A program made the position numbers and the translations under genes. Shown in pieces: positions 34,208 through 47,756 of a stretch of DNA of 64,000 nt. The notes below the pieces were generated by a model that made no database searches, had not been told where the DNA came from, and worked only from the letters and a program-made list of their open reading frames with translations. Source of the stretch: Neophaeotheca triangularis (lineage: Eukaryota); the NCBI GenBank assembly GCA_054600435.1, contig BAAIJX010000055.1, forward strand, positions 62,001 through 126,000, read 5' to 3'. Every line of letters begins with the position of its first letter. The stretch's first letter is position 1.

Positions 34208-35635
34208 GGCCGCTGGGGGCGCTTAAGGAAAGTGCTAATCAAGGTACCATGAGCGGGAAGGCAGGTAGGGTGCTATTAAATATTAGCTTCTGCTTATAGT
34301 CATAGAGAAGTCTCCTCAGTCTATGGTTTTCCTCCTAGGAGTAGCGAGCGAGGGCGCTTTGCAGCCTTCGTGCTACGGGTAGAAGAGTATGGACTGTAGT
34401 AGTATTATAGTGAAGAGAGAGGAAGCGACTTACTAGCACGTCTGTTCGTTAATCGCGAATCCGTCGCGAAGCTCCGTTAAGTAGCGACAAGCGCCGTTTC
34501 CAAAGCCTGTGTATTTGCAAGACACAACCGCGTAGAGAATGGATTATATGGATTGTCTTCGAGGGAGCAGATGGTTGTAGGGCAGTAAGAGGGAGGTTAA
34601 GGTATCCAAGTAGAAGGTGTACTTAGGACGCGATTTAAGCGGGTACTACATAACTCGTAACTAGTGAATCTGGACTAGCAGACACGTGACTAAGCAATAG
34701 GGGCCTAAGGGTCGGATATCTAGGTGTGAGGCGGAAGGTAAAACACATAGGTATAGGTCTGATAGAGTCACTAGTGACCATAGGCCTCTTGAATAGATAT
34801 TATATATGCTCTCTTTAATTTAAAAGTGACTAATACTACACACTTCTAACACTCAGACGGTTAGACTAGAGGGTACTGTGATTTCTGTACCATTGAAATA
34901 CTTACTAGGGTACTACTACACTCTTGCTGCGTAACATCTCTATTGAAAGCACTCTCTAAACTACCGTATTAAAGATAAGTTGAACGCTCAACCCAAGCTC
35001 TACTACTAGTACACCTGAAGATATTATATGGGCTATTAACATCGATCATGACCATTGCCCTATAAGGTAAAGTCCATTGGTGTAGCTTTTCTAGATCGAT
35101 TGAGCCCTAGGTTTCCAGTCCAACCCCAACCCCAACCCTAAAAAGGTCTCCCTTACTACGTTTGCTGCTTCTCTTGAGGACAGCACGCCCGTCCGGTCTA
35201 CTCAAATAGCGGGAGGGATACTGCCATTGGCTGGTAGGATGTAGAAGGTAGTAATCCACAGAACCTCTCGCTGCTTCGGCAGAAAGTGCGCTGGCTCTTT
35301 CAACCACCTCCTGTTGCTGTATGCTACATTGATAGTAGGGCAGCGTAAACCTACCTATAGAACAAAGGAGGGTGCTAATGTAAGCTGATAAGATGTAACT
35401 CAGGGTCATTCTCACCGACACGAAATGTGATGGCACAACGTAATTTCAAAAATAGTTGCTTTTCGCATCGAGAAGCGTGCAAGCCAAGCATCTCTGTCGA
35501 CTCGTGTGGCTGCTATGAGCAGCTTAAGCGCAAGGCAAGCGCCCACTCCACGACGGACGCAGGCGCCACTATGGTTGCCAGTTAGAACCACCCCCACTAC
35601 CACCCGTTTGTTGACTCCGCTATTCCATCACATCT

Positions 35636-38083
35636 TCACCTCTGGCCCCCAGCGTTGCCACCAAGGAAAGCCCCGAAATTAAAACCAAACCCAGGAACCG
35701 CAGGCGGCGTAGCGACAGCAACTGGCTCAGGCCTGCCACCATACCCACCTCCGCCATAGCCATCCCCACCACCGCCACCAGCACCGTATCCATAACCCCC
35801 GGAAATCTCGCCCTTATCGCGATCATTATGATAATGACCTTTACCCTTCTTGCCCCTGCCACCACCACCACCACCACCGTGTCTCCGATCCCCGCCGCGG
35901 TTTCCCCCCTGCTCCTGCTGTCCACCCTGCCCCGCGCCGCCATCGGGCATAACCCTCTTACTCATGGCCTTGCTGCTGACGCCCGCGCCGATCTCAATGT
36001 CCGGCTCCTCGAGTACCATGCCGCCCTCCAACTGCCTGCCCCCTGTCCCGCCATAAGCAGCCGTATGCAGCCACTTGAGATCGGCTTCGGTGAGCTTGCC
36101 AATAGGTACAATGCTCTCGCCCTTGCCATAATCGCAGCACTCGCGCGGTCCGAAACCGACGCCCCATTTGGTTTGTCGGGCGATGGAGAGAATTTCACGG
36201 TCGCCTGCGTCTTGTAGTGCTTGCATACCGGTTTTGGCGGTGAGGGCGGCTTGGCGCGTGGTCATCTTGACAAAGGCATGGCGTTTTTCGCGCGCGACGA
36301 TGCAGGTTTGGACTGCACCAAAGCGGGAGAAGAGGCGGGTGAGTTCGGCTTCGGTACCGCTGGCGCCGCCGACGAAGAGGGTGCGAGAGAGGACTTTGAT
36401 AGTGTTGGGAGGGAGGGAGGGGTCATGTAGGATGGTCTTTGGCTGCGGAGCGCCGGTATTGCTGGCGTGGCTGTTGTTGTTTTGATGTTGGTAGGTGTTG
36501 TGGGCGGGGCTGTGGCGGAGGGGAGAGCGCTGACGGAAACGACGATCGTTGCGTTCGTTTCTGTTGCGGCTGCGCTCCTCGGCGGCTTTGCCGGCGGCGA
36601 TCTCTTCGTAAGTGCCATAGACCGGGCTGCCGCGGCCACCCGTGTTGCGCCTTTGGGGACTACGGCTTCGGTCTCGTCCGTTTTGTATTTTGTCGGTGTC
36701 CATGGCGGCTATTACGGGGCCCCAGCTCTCCATGGGCACGCCATTGTCCTGCAAGTCTTTCAGCAACTTCAACGCCGCAACAAGTTTTGTCTGGTCGTTG
36801 AGTACGCCTGGCGGGAGGAGACCACGTAGCTGCGCAATGGGGTCTTGTGATTGGGCTTGCTGGGGTGGAGGCGGCGCAGCCGAGTATTGCTGGGGAATCG
36901 AGGGCGGTGGCTGGGGTGGATAGCCATTGTAGCTGGGGGCCTGATAGGGCGGTGCGCCATACAAGCCGGCCGATTGTGGAGGAGCGTACGATTGCTGTTG
37001 GTGTGGTGGCTGGTACTGCTGATGCTGCGGCCCTTGCCCACCGTTGGCTTGATTGAACATCGCGGCCAGGTCCATTTGAGGCGGTGCGCTGGTCTGTGGT
37101 GGTGGAGCTTGCGTAGGCTGAGGTTGATGTTGTGGAGTTTGCGCTTGGGCCATGTTCGATAGGGAGGAGAGAATGCTGTTCAAATCCTGAGTGGGCGCTT
37201 GGGTGGCGGGTTGCGCGTTTGAGAGTGGAGCACGCTGGCTGTACTGCTGTGGCTGCTGGAATCCAGAGTCATTCTGTTGATTGTACCCCTGGTTGTTCTG
37301 TGGTCGTGATGGAAGCATCGAAGCCACGTCGCCCGAAGGGAATCCCGGAGGAGTGTTCATCGTAGTCCGAATAGGAGCTGTGAACTTCTGGCCATTGAGA
37401 CGAGCTGCGGCGGCGTCGTCGTTTGTCTGCGAAACGGACGGCTGCAGAGCAGTGTTGGCTGCCGCACTGGTAGTGTCCACAGCGGCCGGCCCTTGCTGGG
37501 ATAGTCCCTGGGACGGATCGCCGCCTTCAAGAGATTTTTGGTACATGTTCTTGAACTCCGAAATCTGCTGAGATGAAAACGTTCCTCCCTTCTCCCAAAT
37601 ACTCAATATGCTTTCCACCTTTTTCCTTTGATCTTGTGGAAGCGCTTTGAAGAGGTCTTCCATGAGAGGGCTAGTAAGTTCACTCAGTCTCTTGATTGCA
37701 GCAGCGTAGGTGCCCGCGTCGATGTCTCGACGCTTCGCATTGACGTTCTGGCCTGCTCTTTTACCCAGCTCAATCCACTGCCTCAACACGCCGTCGATGA
37801 TATAAATCGGTCCTAATTTGTGCGTTGCAGGGGCCTTTTTGACCGCACGATATAAAGATTGGGTGATTTGCAACTCAGCCTATGTAGGAGTGAGGTTAGA
37901 ATGTACTTCGAGGGATGTGTGAAGTGATGTGAAGCAGTTCGTTCACCTGAGCATGCTCACCTGGATGTTCGTAACGCAGAGCTGCGTAATGGTGGAAATC
38001 TTATTCTTGCTCGCTCCCGGAGGTTTCAAAGCGTTCAGTGACGCTAGGAGCGCGTCCAAGTCGTCGATAGTAGGTGCCGCCAT
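35636..38083 (-). CDS. NRD1: CID + RRM RNA-binding protein (Nrd1/Seb1/NrdA); intron 37960-37880
   Basis: N-terminal CID (LKPPGASKNKI...KKAPATHKLGPIYIIDG); RRM with IKVLSRTLFVGG, KRHAFVKM, KWGVGFGPRECCDY, EEPDIEIGAGVSSKAMSKR. Confidence 0.93.
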
Positions 38084-39074
38084 CCTTGCGATAGGCCTCT
38101 CTGCTACTGTACCACTATGCGAGAGCGTGCTCTCTATGCCAACTGCGCTTCTACGGACGGACTTGGGTATTGACCAGCCTACACGTGTGACGAATGGTTT
38201 TCAAGCTGTCGTGTCTGTAATCTACAGAACAAATTGGCAGAGTAGAGCCAAAGGGCACAGTCAACTACGCCTTGTGAAAGGTGACAAAAAAGCGTCGAAC
38301 ACAAGTGAGGATAGTCGTCAACTACGCAGCTTAGAAGTGGTGGCGCGGGCACTATTTTCAGTCCGAGAAGTGACCACAGTGTGAGTGAAGGCACGCCTAT
38401 AACTCGCTGATATTCCAGGGGAAAGGAACGAGCGCAATCCGGTGCTAATGGCAGTCCGTATGCGCGCAGGAGACCAGGTTCGAGGCGCTAGAATGGTGGT
38501 GACTTGCCGGTGTCTTGTGTCTGTTCTGGTGTAGGGTGATACTTCACTACGCCTGGCTGGGTACTGCCTAGGAAGCCGGCGACTCTTGACGGTTCAGGAA
38601 GTGAAGTGAACACTGCTGAGGTGCGTTTCAGGGTAGGTGGCGCTTTACGCGATACTGAAAGGTCGGTGGTATTATTCCGTAGAGGTGTCACTTCAAGTGC
38701 TCGAGCAGATCCACGTCGTCGCGTGAGAAAAGATGTCGGCGCCTTTTTCTGGTCGCGCGGCCTTCAATGCCACAGGCAGTGATGAACTTGAAAAGTCCGC
38801 ACAAATCAGTCGCCTTGAAGTGTCGTGTAGGCGCACAAAATAGTCGCTCGTGGTCGGTGTTGATGAGGTGTTGGAAGGGCAAGGAAGAAAGAAGTGGACA
38901 AGTGCAGGGAGGTGAGGGAGGCTTTGTTTCTAGAAGCTTGCCTAATCTGGTCTTGGCGCTCTGCCGGGCGTTCACCCGACCGTACCGCAGTTGCGCAGAC
39001 GGCAGCTCAATAATGCCAGATACCACCTCCCGCATCACGAACTACAAAACAACCGCAGGCAACTAAAGCCGGTC

Positions 39075-39829
39075 ATGCTGCTCCCCACCACCATCGGGCT
39101 GTTGATACTTTCTACCCTCGCCTCAGCAGCCAAACTCACAGTCTCTATCGCTGCCTCCCCAATCCTCCCGAACCCAGCAACGCTCCCACCCTCAACCCAC
39201 GCGGTCCTCCTAGGCCCCCCAGGCGTCCGGCACCAAGCCTCCCTGCGAACGGACAATAGCTTTCAATTCGCCGGGCTCGTGCCTGCCAGTTACCTGCTGA
39301 CCGTACATTCCCACGGCAACTTCTTCAACTCCTTCCGCGTCGATGTCAGCAGCGCAGGCCTAGCGGAGACAGCGCAAGAGACGGTGGAAGTATGGCAGAC
39401 TTTCCGTGGCAATGAGTGGAATCACAAGGGTCCTTCGATTGGGAAGGGCAATGGCGAGGTGGATGTGCAAGTACGGGCGACGGGGGAGAAGCAATTCTAT
39501 CAGGTTAGAGGGGGTTTTAATTTGCTGGGTTTCTTGAAGAGCCCGATGATCTTGATGGGGCTGTTTTCCGTGGCTATGATATTTGGCATGCCGTATCTTA
39601 TGGCTAATAGTGAGTTGGATACTGCTTTTGCTATGGAGGATTTTTTGCTAACATCAAAGCAGTGGATGAGGAGACAAAGGCGGAGTTTGAAGAGATGCAG
39701 AAGAAGAGCTCGCTCAGCGGGTCCGAGGGCGCTGCGAGCCAGATACAGAATTTCGACCTTGCTAGCTGGATGGCTGGTAGCGGTGGGAGTAACGGGGGTG
39801 GCAGTGGCTCAGGAAGCAAAAAGCGATAG
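39075..39829 (+). CDS. EMC7: ER membrane protein complex subunit 7 (DUF2012); intron 39610-39662
   Basis: Signal peptide; LPPSTHAVL, WQTFRGNEW, TM segment FLKSPMILMGLFSVAMIFGMPYLM; after splicing MDEETKAEFEEMQ...NFDLASWMAG. Confidence 0.85.
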
Positions 39830-40643
39830 TGATGGATAGACAGCGAACGGCAATGAACCTTCACGACAAATCTAGGATGAAGAAAGATTACCCTTTTGAA
39901 GCCTTCGATGATTTCGTCCCAGCTAGCATGGCCATAACTTTCAAGTCGAGTTTCAGGGTCTAGTCACCTTCTGATCCCTGATCCAACGCATGCTCCATCC
40001 CGAGGAACATAGCTGCTCTGAACCTGCTTGAATCGGCTGCTCTCGCTCCATTTGCCAGCGCTCTCCAGGAGCTGAAACCCCAGCAATCGTCTTTCTTGCT
40101 CCTGGCTCTCAAGGGCAAGGGAACTGTGGGAAAGTGTGGGCAGAGGCTTCTTCATTCTTACCTACCTAGATCTTGAGTTTACCAGCTGCGAGTGCGTTAC
40201 AGAAGTAAACATCGATGCTACATACCACTGGCAAACCCAGACCATTTTCGGCAATCATGATAGGATTCGTGAATCGCTGGCTTCATTACGTTCTGGAAAT
40301 ACTGTGAAAACATGACATTCTCCGTAAGAACATGCCAGTGACAACCTCGCAACATTAGGCGCCTCTTGACTTGTAAAGCAAATTCGGCAAGATCTTTCAC
40401 AGGACCTGTTGTCGACAAATGTTGTATTATATTCCGTCGATCATTGCCGGGAAGCAAAACGCCCCGCTTCCAACTTCTGGCCTTCCAAGCAACGCTGACG
40501 ACGTTTATCAAAACCACAACGAACGCCTTTCGATATCTACCATTATACCACGGAACTCCATTGCGTCCTCAACCTTGACCGAGTCACACCTGCTGTCGAG
40601 CTTTTGCATACAATAAAACGTAGCCACCAACCCGATCGCCACC

Positions 40644-41775
40644 ATGGCCAACATCCGCACCCCCATCTCGAAGCTCAAGCTGAACGATGGCACCAGCATG
40701 CCCATGGTAAACTTCTTCCTCTCCCTAAGAGCAGAACAGCTCCTATGAAAGCTCACACCCAAACCCCCCCCCCACTACAGCTAGGCTACGGCACTGGCAC
40801 CGCCTGGTACAAAAGCGGCGACGAGTCCAAAGTCGACCAAGCCTGCATCGACGCAACCAAATCCGCCATTTCCCTAGGCTATACACACCTCGATGGCGCT
40901 GAAGTCTACAAAACTGAAGCCGAGCTGGGCATAGCCATGAAAGAATCCGGCTTACCGCGTGAGAAATTCTACCTCACGACCAAAGTAATCACGAACATCC
41001 AAGATATCCCCGCCGCGTTGAAAGCGAGCTTGAAAAAGCTGCAGACTGACTATGTGGACCTGTGAGCGCATTCCTCTCTCCTCACCCAATGTCCCTCCCA
41101 ACAACCACTAACGCTCGCCCAGCTACTTAATCCACGCCCCCTTCTTCAGCGACTCCCCGCAAGAACAACAAGCCAAATGGGCCCAAATGGAAGAGCTCCG
41201 CGACCAAGGCCTCTGCAAAAGCATCGGCGTCTCCAACTACCTGCCCCAGCACCTCGACACAATCTTCGAAACCTGCAAAACCCCACCGGCCGTCAACCAA
41301 ATCGAATTCCACCCGTACCTCCAACGCCACGAACTGCTCGCCTACCACAAAGCCAAGGGCATCGCGACGCAGGGCTATGCGCCCTTGACGGCGGTGACGA
41401 AAGCGAAACCGGGCCCCGCGGATGAGGTGTTGGCGAGACTGGCGCGTAAGTACGCGGTTAGTGAGGGCGAGGTTTGTCTTCGGTGGTGTGTGGATCAGGA
41501 TGTTGTGCCCATTACGACGAGTGGGAGGGAGCAGAGGTTGAGTGATTATCTGAGGGCGATGACTTTTAAGCTTACGCCGGCGGAGGTGAAGATGGTGAGT
41601 TCTCTTCCTTTCTTTCTGCTTTGCCTTGGCTGGGATGCGGTGGTTGTTTTGTACCTTATGCGTGTGGTATTTTCTGCTGACTTGCCTGCGATTGTTTTAG
41701 CTGAATGATGCGGGTGATAAGAAACATTTCCGTGGATTTTGGACGCACAAGATCGATGAAAATGATAAGAGGTAG
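40644..41775 (+). CDS. Aldo-keto reductase (YDL124W/conjugated polyketone reductase-like); introns 40707-40780, 41062-41122, 41595-41700
   Basis: LNDGTSMPMLGYGTGTAW, catalytic D/Y/K/H (DGAEVY, TTK, YLIH), SIGVSNY, VNQIEFHPYL. Confidence 0.92.
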
Positions 41776-42798
41776 TCGGTTGCTCTATCGGGGGTATGAG
41801 AGGATCACGATTTTCTACTTAAAGTGCTCGGAGATGAGAGATGGTGGTATCGAAAGCATTGCTGTGGCGTCTGCTTGATAGTACTGCATACATGAAAGCA
41901 CAACACATTGCCTGAATGAATGAAATGAGTCCAATGTATTGGAATTACTTCCTTCCCAGTATTGATTTTGAAGATTGTGTTTTCACTAGTTAATCTATAG
42001 GCGATACGACTCGACAGTTTTCACAAACCTTTCCAATGTCCAATACCGAGAGATCGAAGCAAGCAAACCAGCTGTAAGTCGGAGCTCTATCATTCGCAGC
42101 CCCATGGATACCAGACTGACAACCAGTACCTCATTAGTCCGTCTGCAGACATGTCCCTCAAGGGCCTACTTGTACTCTTCGGAAGCAGAGGTTCCTACTT
42201 CTTGAGTCGTTCACGTCCTTCGAAGCCCGTGATGCATGCATCCTCGCGATGCTGTAGGCATCTCGCAATCGACTTCTGATGTAAGGTAATCTGCATTCGC
42301 TGGTGTGAGAGGGTGAGATATGTGTATATACTGCTGTAGTCTGTAGATAGATGTATTTATATATGTATCCGTGCTTGATTCGGGTCCACAGCCTTCGGCG
42401 CTTTTTGGTATTGAGCTTCGGCAAAGCTGCAGCATCAAACTTTCAACGGAAATGATGAAGATTGATAAGAAAGTCCCGTCTGTGAGATAGCCGGATAACT
42501 AGGTACGATAGGAGAAGAATCAAAGTACTACCGCCGGAGAGGTGGAGGATCGGTATGAGGGATAATAATAATGATAGTAGTTGGATAGAATGCATGGCCA
42601 TGCACACTTCCGAGGGACAATTGTCTTCCGCCGACCCGAAAAGTCTTGTCTTCCCATCGTTGCTGTGACGTCTGAGCTTTTGGAGGCTTCGGGAGGTACT
42701 CAGGTCTCATCTCCGTTGACCTGAGCTCTCCGGCGGTCCTTGATTTTTCGTTGGCCTCTCCCCCAGCAGACATCCATACCTTCAACTCTATCTCACAA

Positions 42799-42825
42799 CA
42801 CCACCACCACCACCACCACCACCAC
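42799..42825 (+). repeat. (CAC)n microsatellite in the citrate synthase leader region
   Basis: About 9 tandem CAC units. Confidence 0.8.
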
Positions 42826-42920
42826 AACTACAACCTCGTCTCCAGTCCAGAGCATTGTTCGTGCTGTTTGGACTTTCTTCCCTCTTCTAGCCAATAACTT
42901 CTCTGCACATATCCTCCACA

Positions 42921-44419
42921 ATGGCTCTCTCCGGTACCTCGAGGATGGCCTTGCGCCGCGCCATGGCCCAACAGCCCACCAGCTTCGCGCAGAGGACTGC
43001 CTTCAACGCTGCTGCCAGGAACTACGCTACCGCTAGCAAGGTAAGCAATCTCTCTTGCACATCCTTGTATCTCCAGAAAGAAAAAATGCAACTAACTCAC
43101 TCCCTTCCACACAGTCCCTCAAAGACACCTTCGCCGATGGCCTCCCCGAGAAGATTGAGCAGATCAAGAAGCTGCGCAAGGAGCACGGCAACACAGTTGT
43201 GGGCGAGGTGACTCTCGACCAGGTCTACGGCGGTGCGCGCGGCATCAAGTCGCTCGTCTGGGAGGGTTCCGTCCTCGACAGTGAGGAGGGTATCCGTTTC
43301 CGCGGCAAGACCATCCCCGAATGCCAGGAGCTTCTCCCCAAGGCCCCTGGCGGTCAGGAGCCCCTCCCTGAGGGTCTCTTCTGGCTTCTGCTTACCGGCG
43401 AGGTGCCCTCGGAACAGCAGGTTCGCGACCTCTCCGCCGAGTGGGCCGCTCGCGCCGACGTTCCCAGCTTCGTCACCGAGCTCATTGACCGCTGCCCCAG
43501 CGACCTCCACCCCATGGCTCAGTTCTCCCTCGCCGTCACTGCTCTCGAGCACGAGTCCGCCTTCAGCAAGGCCTACGCCAAGGGCATGAAGAAGACCGAG
43601 TACTGGCAGCACACCTTCGAGGACAGCATGGACTTGATTGCCAAGCTTCCCACCATTGCCTCGCGCATCTACCGTAATGTCTTCAAGGACGGCAAGGTCG
43701 CTCCTGTTGACAAGTCTGCCGACTACTCCTACAACCTTGCTAACCAGCTCGGTTTCTCCAGCAACAAGGACTTTGTCGAGCTCATGCGCCTCTACCTCAC
43801 CATCCACACTGACCACGAGGGCGGCAACGTCTCCGCACACACCACCCACCTTGTTGGCTCCGCCCTCTCTTCCCCCATGCTTTCCCTCGCCGCTGGCCTG
43901 AACGGTCTCGCTGGCCCCCTCCACGGTCTCGCCAACCAGGAAGTCCTCAACTGGCTGCAAGAGATGAAGAAGTCGGTCGGCTCTGACCTTTCTGACGAGA
44001 ACATCACCAAGTACCTCTGGGACACCCTCAAGTCGGGCCGCGTCGTGCCCGGTTACGGCCACGCGGTGCTCCGCAAGACTGACCCGCGTTACGTCTCCCA
44101 GCGCGAGTTCGCTCTCAAGCACCTCCCCGACGATGACATGTTCAAGCTCGTCTCGCAGGTCTACAAGATCGCCCCCGGCGTCCTCACCGAGCACGGCAAG
44201 ACCAAGAACCCCTACCCCAACGTCGACGCCCACTCCGGTGTCCTGCTGCAGTACTACGGCCTCACCGAGCAGAGCTTCTACACCGTCCTCTTCGGTGTTT
44301 CCCGCGCCATTGGTGTCCTTCCCCAGCTCATCATCGACCGCGCCGTCGGCGCGCCCATTGAGAGGCCCAAGTCCTTCTCCACCGCGGCCTGGGCCAAGCT
44401 CGTCGGCGCCAAGATCTGA
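42921..44419 (+). CDS. CIT1: Mitochondrial citrate synthase; intron 43041-43114
   Basis: Presequence; [57 protein letters not shown]; strong C/G-ending codon bias. Confidence 0.98.
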
Positions 44420-45787
44420 ATCCATGGCGACGACAACAAAGCTAGCCAAGCTAGCAACGAAAGCAGCGCAAGCAGAATCAAGAAGGCTCTGGGGCTGTTG
44501 GGAGGCGACGGTGGGGGTGAAGAGGAGGCTAGTAGGTTGCGCCGGTACCAAGAAAGCGTGCGCAAGGTTCGGGGCCCCAAACAGTGGAAAAAGCATGGCC
44601 TTCCCTCTGCTTGAGCCTTTTCTCTGGGTAGACGGCTACCTCGCATCTCGCGAGCATTCCTACACTGATACCAATAGGTTTTGTTGTTTCTAGCGCTGAG
44701 GGCGTGGTGTTTTTGTAACACTACCGCATCTGATTGTACAATTGATGAATTCCACTTCTCTTCTTCTCTGTTCTGTTGAGGCTCATTGCTAATGTTCAGA
44801 CCCTACGTAGCGCGTCTTGTAAGATTGGCATCGCATAGCCAGAGAACAATGCCACGACACCTGACAGCCTTCGGCGGGCTATTTGCTACAAAACTCCCAA
44901 GCGTTGCAATAAATACTACTAACACACCTGGTAGAAACGAGACTCGGCCAGTTTACTTGCAATTTGAGTTTATTGGGGAAGGTAATACAGTTTGTAATCA
45001 TGCATGCTGCATCCAACGCTACCTATAAGATTCAAGAATTATTAGCGGGTTACCTTGACTGCCAGGTAACAAAAAAGTTGACGTTTTGTATTCCCTTAGG
45101 GAGAAGAGCATGAGGTCGTGTCGTGGAAGATGAAGATTCAAGAAAGCGAGTCGGCGGCGTTCGGAGTCCGCTGTTCGGGAGCTTCGGGAGCTCTTTTTTT
45201 GAGTTGGGGCCGATGGTCGCACCCGGACGACTCTCAGTGGTCTCTCAATGATCTCTCTCTCGGCAAATTAAATGATAATTGTTGGCCCGGGGGCCGCAGC
45301 TTGCGAGTTTCAACCATCTGCAGCATCTGCAGCCATTGGATACTAGTACTAGATGGGTTGTTGTAACGTTGTGTTGTCCTTGGCAGGGACCCGGAGAGCT
45401 GCTGGTAGTTACCTTAGGCATTGACTTGACTTGACTCTACCTATCTACCTTACCTACCGACTACAGATCTTTGTCGATAGCCTTGTCTGGTTGTGCTGTA
45501 TTCTCGTTACTCCACTCCCTGTTATTCTTGTTGCATTTCCACCTGTTTGTCCACCAGACACGCTTCAAGCGGCACACGGCAGCTCTCGCGTATCAGCAAG
45601 CTCAACTCAGCTCAGCAAGCTCACCTCAACAATACACCTCTACCACCACCACCACAACACCAACCTACCTCCTCCTTCGACCACCTCGTCGACCTCACCT
45701 CCGCCTCATACCACCCTCCCCCTCAATCGGCAACGAAGCCCCCCTCCTGCCTCGGTCCGGCCATAACTACCTTCTAACCACCCAACC

Positions 45788-46830
45788 ATGTCCACCCCGA
45801 AACAAATCACCATGGCGCCCCCGCCAGGCCAAATCGAGAAAAAGCCCGTCAAATTCAGCAACCTGCTCCTAGGCGCCGGTCTCAACCTCTTCGAAGTCAC
45901 GACCCTCGGCCAGCCCCTCGAAGTGACCAAAACGACAATGGCCGCCAACCGCGCCGACGGCATGGCCGGCGCCTTCAGCCGCATCTGGTCGCGTGGCGGC
46001 GCCCTGGGCTTCTACCAAGGCCTGATCCCCTGGGCCTGGATCGAAGCTTCCACCAAAGGCGCCGTCCTCCTCTTCGTCGCTAGCGAGGCCGAGTACCACG
46101 CGCGCACTTTCGGGGCCGGCAACTTCGTCGCGGGCATTTCCGGCGGTATGGCGGGCGGGCTCGCGCAAGCTTATGCTACCATGGGGTTTTGCACTTGTAT
46201 GAAGACGGTTGAGATGACCAAGCACAAGGTTGCTGCCGCGGGCATGAAGCCGCCGGGGACATTGGAGACTTTTATGGATATTTACCGTAAAGAGGGCATT
46301 AGGGGTATCAACAGGGGTGTCAATGCGGTTGCGGTCAGACAGGTCACCAATTGGGGGAGTCGCTTTGGCTTGAGCCGTGTCGCGTAAGTCTAAACCCCCT
46401 ACACACACCCCTGCTTCCACAAGCAACACCGCCCCTCCCCAGCCATCCAACTAAACTAACCCCCCACCACAGCGAAACCGGCATCCGCCGCGCTACGGGC
46501 AAAGAAGACCCCAAAACCCCGCTCAGCGTGCCGCAAAAAATCCTCGCATCCGCACTCGGCGGCGGTCTCAGCGCCTGGAACCAGCCCATCGAAGTGGTGC
46601 GGGTGGAAATGCAATCCAAGACGGTCGACCCGAACCGCCCGAAAAACCTGGGCGTCGGCACGGCTTTCAAGTACATTTACCAGCAAAACGGCGTCAAGGG
46701 TCTGTACCGCGGTGTGGCGCCGCGCATCGGGCTGGGGGTTTGGCAGACGGTTTGCATGGTTGCGCTCGGCGATGTCGCCAAGGAGGCTGTGGAGAAGTTG
46801 ACGGGGGAGACTGTTACTGCTAAGCATTAA
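45788..46830 (+). CDS. YHM2: Mitochondrial citrate/oxoglutarate carrier; intron 46384-46472
   Basis: [93 protein letters not shown]. Confidence 0.95.
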
Positions 46831-46963
46831 ATTGGGGCTTTTTGTTGTGAGCATTGGGGGTGGAGCGGGGGGATGGAGAGAGAGGCTGGCCTTTTTTTTT
46901 TGGTCCCTTACTAGGGCGGCTGGGTGGTGGACGAGGCGGGAGTGGGGGACGTATGTATAGTTG

Positions 46964-46989
46964 CGTCGTCGTCGTCGTCGTCGTCGTCG
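46964..46989 (+). repeat. (CGT)n microsatellite downstream of YHM2
   Basis: About 8 tandem CGT units. Confidence 0.75.
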
Positions 46990-47756
46990 CGCGAGCTGCT
47001 GCTGTGTTTTCCCTTCCTTCACCTTTTCCCACTTCTCACGTTGCGATATGTCTTCCCTTTTGTGCGTTTAATACCATCTCGGTTCGCTCTGCTTACAGAC
47101 TCCCCTTCCGCTATATATATATACACGTTCATGGAGCAGCAAGCAGGTAAACAAGCAGCGTACGTGCCTCAGGCGCTGTTCTGTACAGCGGGACTTGCAC
47201 AAATGTATAGTAGTGCCCACCCTCACTTACTGACACACTGACATGCATATAAAGGAGCCGCGCATCACAGACAGCTGGGCTATGTCCTTTCCCGAAAACT
47301 CTGGGAGATGGGGAAAGGAAGAGGCGAGTCTTGTCTTTAACTTCAAGGGGGATCATGGTACATGACAAAACTGCCATCGCAGCCGCAGCCGTAGTCGTAA
47401 AGAGGATAATTGATCATTAAAGTTACTCGTCGCCCTCCTATTGATCCACGGCTATCGGGTTTCGGGGGGCCCACGCAAGAGCTAGCTGCTGGAAAGAAAG
47501 CAAAAGAGGCCTCGCGGAGCGGGCTGATCTCCTGGGAAGCGTTCAAAACCCCCCCAGTGCTTAGCTCCTGGACCACCACATTGCCAGCCCCGAAACCCCC
47601 GGGATACTACGCTTGGAAATTCCCAAGCCTGGATTCAGCGGACTGCCCACGACCAGATCACCCCAGACCCATCCATGGCGTGAAACCGTCCAGCTCCTTC
47701 CCACTGGCTTCGACTTTCGGAGAAGAAGCAGCAGCAGCGGCGCAAAAGGCCGAGAA

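Noticed and set aside
35119..35141. CCAACCCCAACCCCAACCCTAA telomere-like run
   Set aside because: Only one true CCCTAA unit; too short to call an interstitial telomere
43097..44596. 499-aa antisense ORF over citrate synthase, and similar antisense ORFs over RFC4, SCD6 and LYS4
   Set aside because: Expected by-product of strong C/G third-position codon bias in the sense gene
45421..45437. TTGACTTGACTTGACTC upstream of YHM2 as a Gcn4 site cluster
   Set aside because: Looks like a pentanucleotide simple repeat in a low-complexity tract; no independent support
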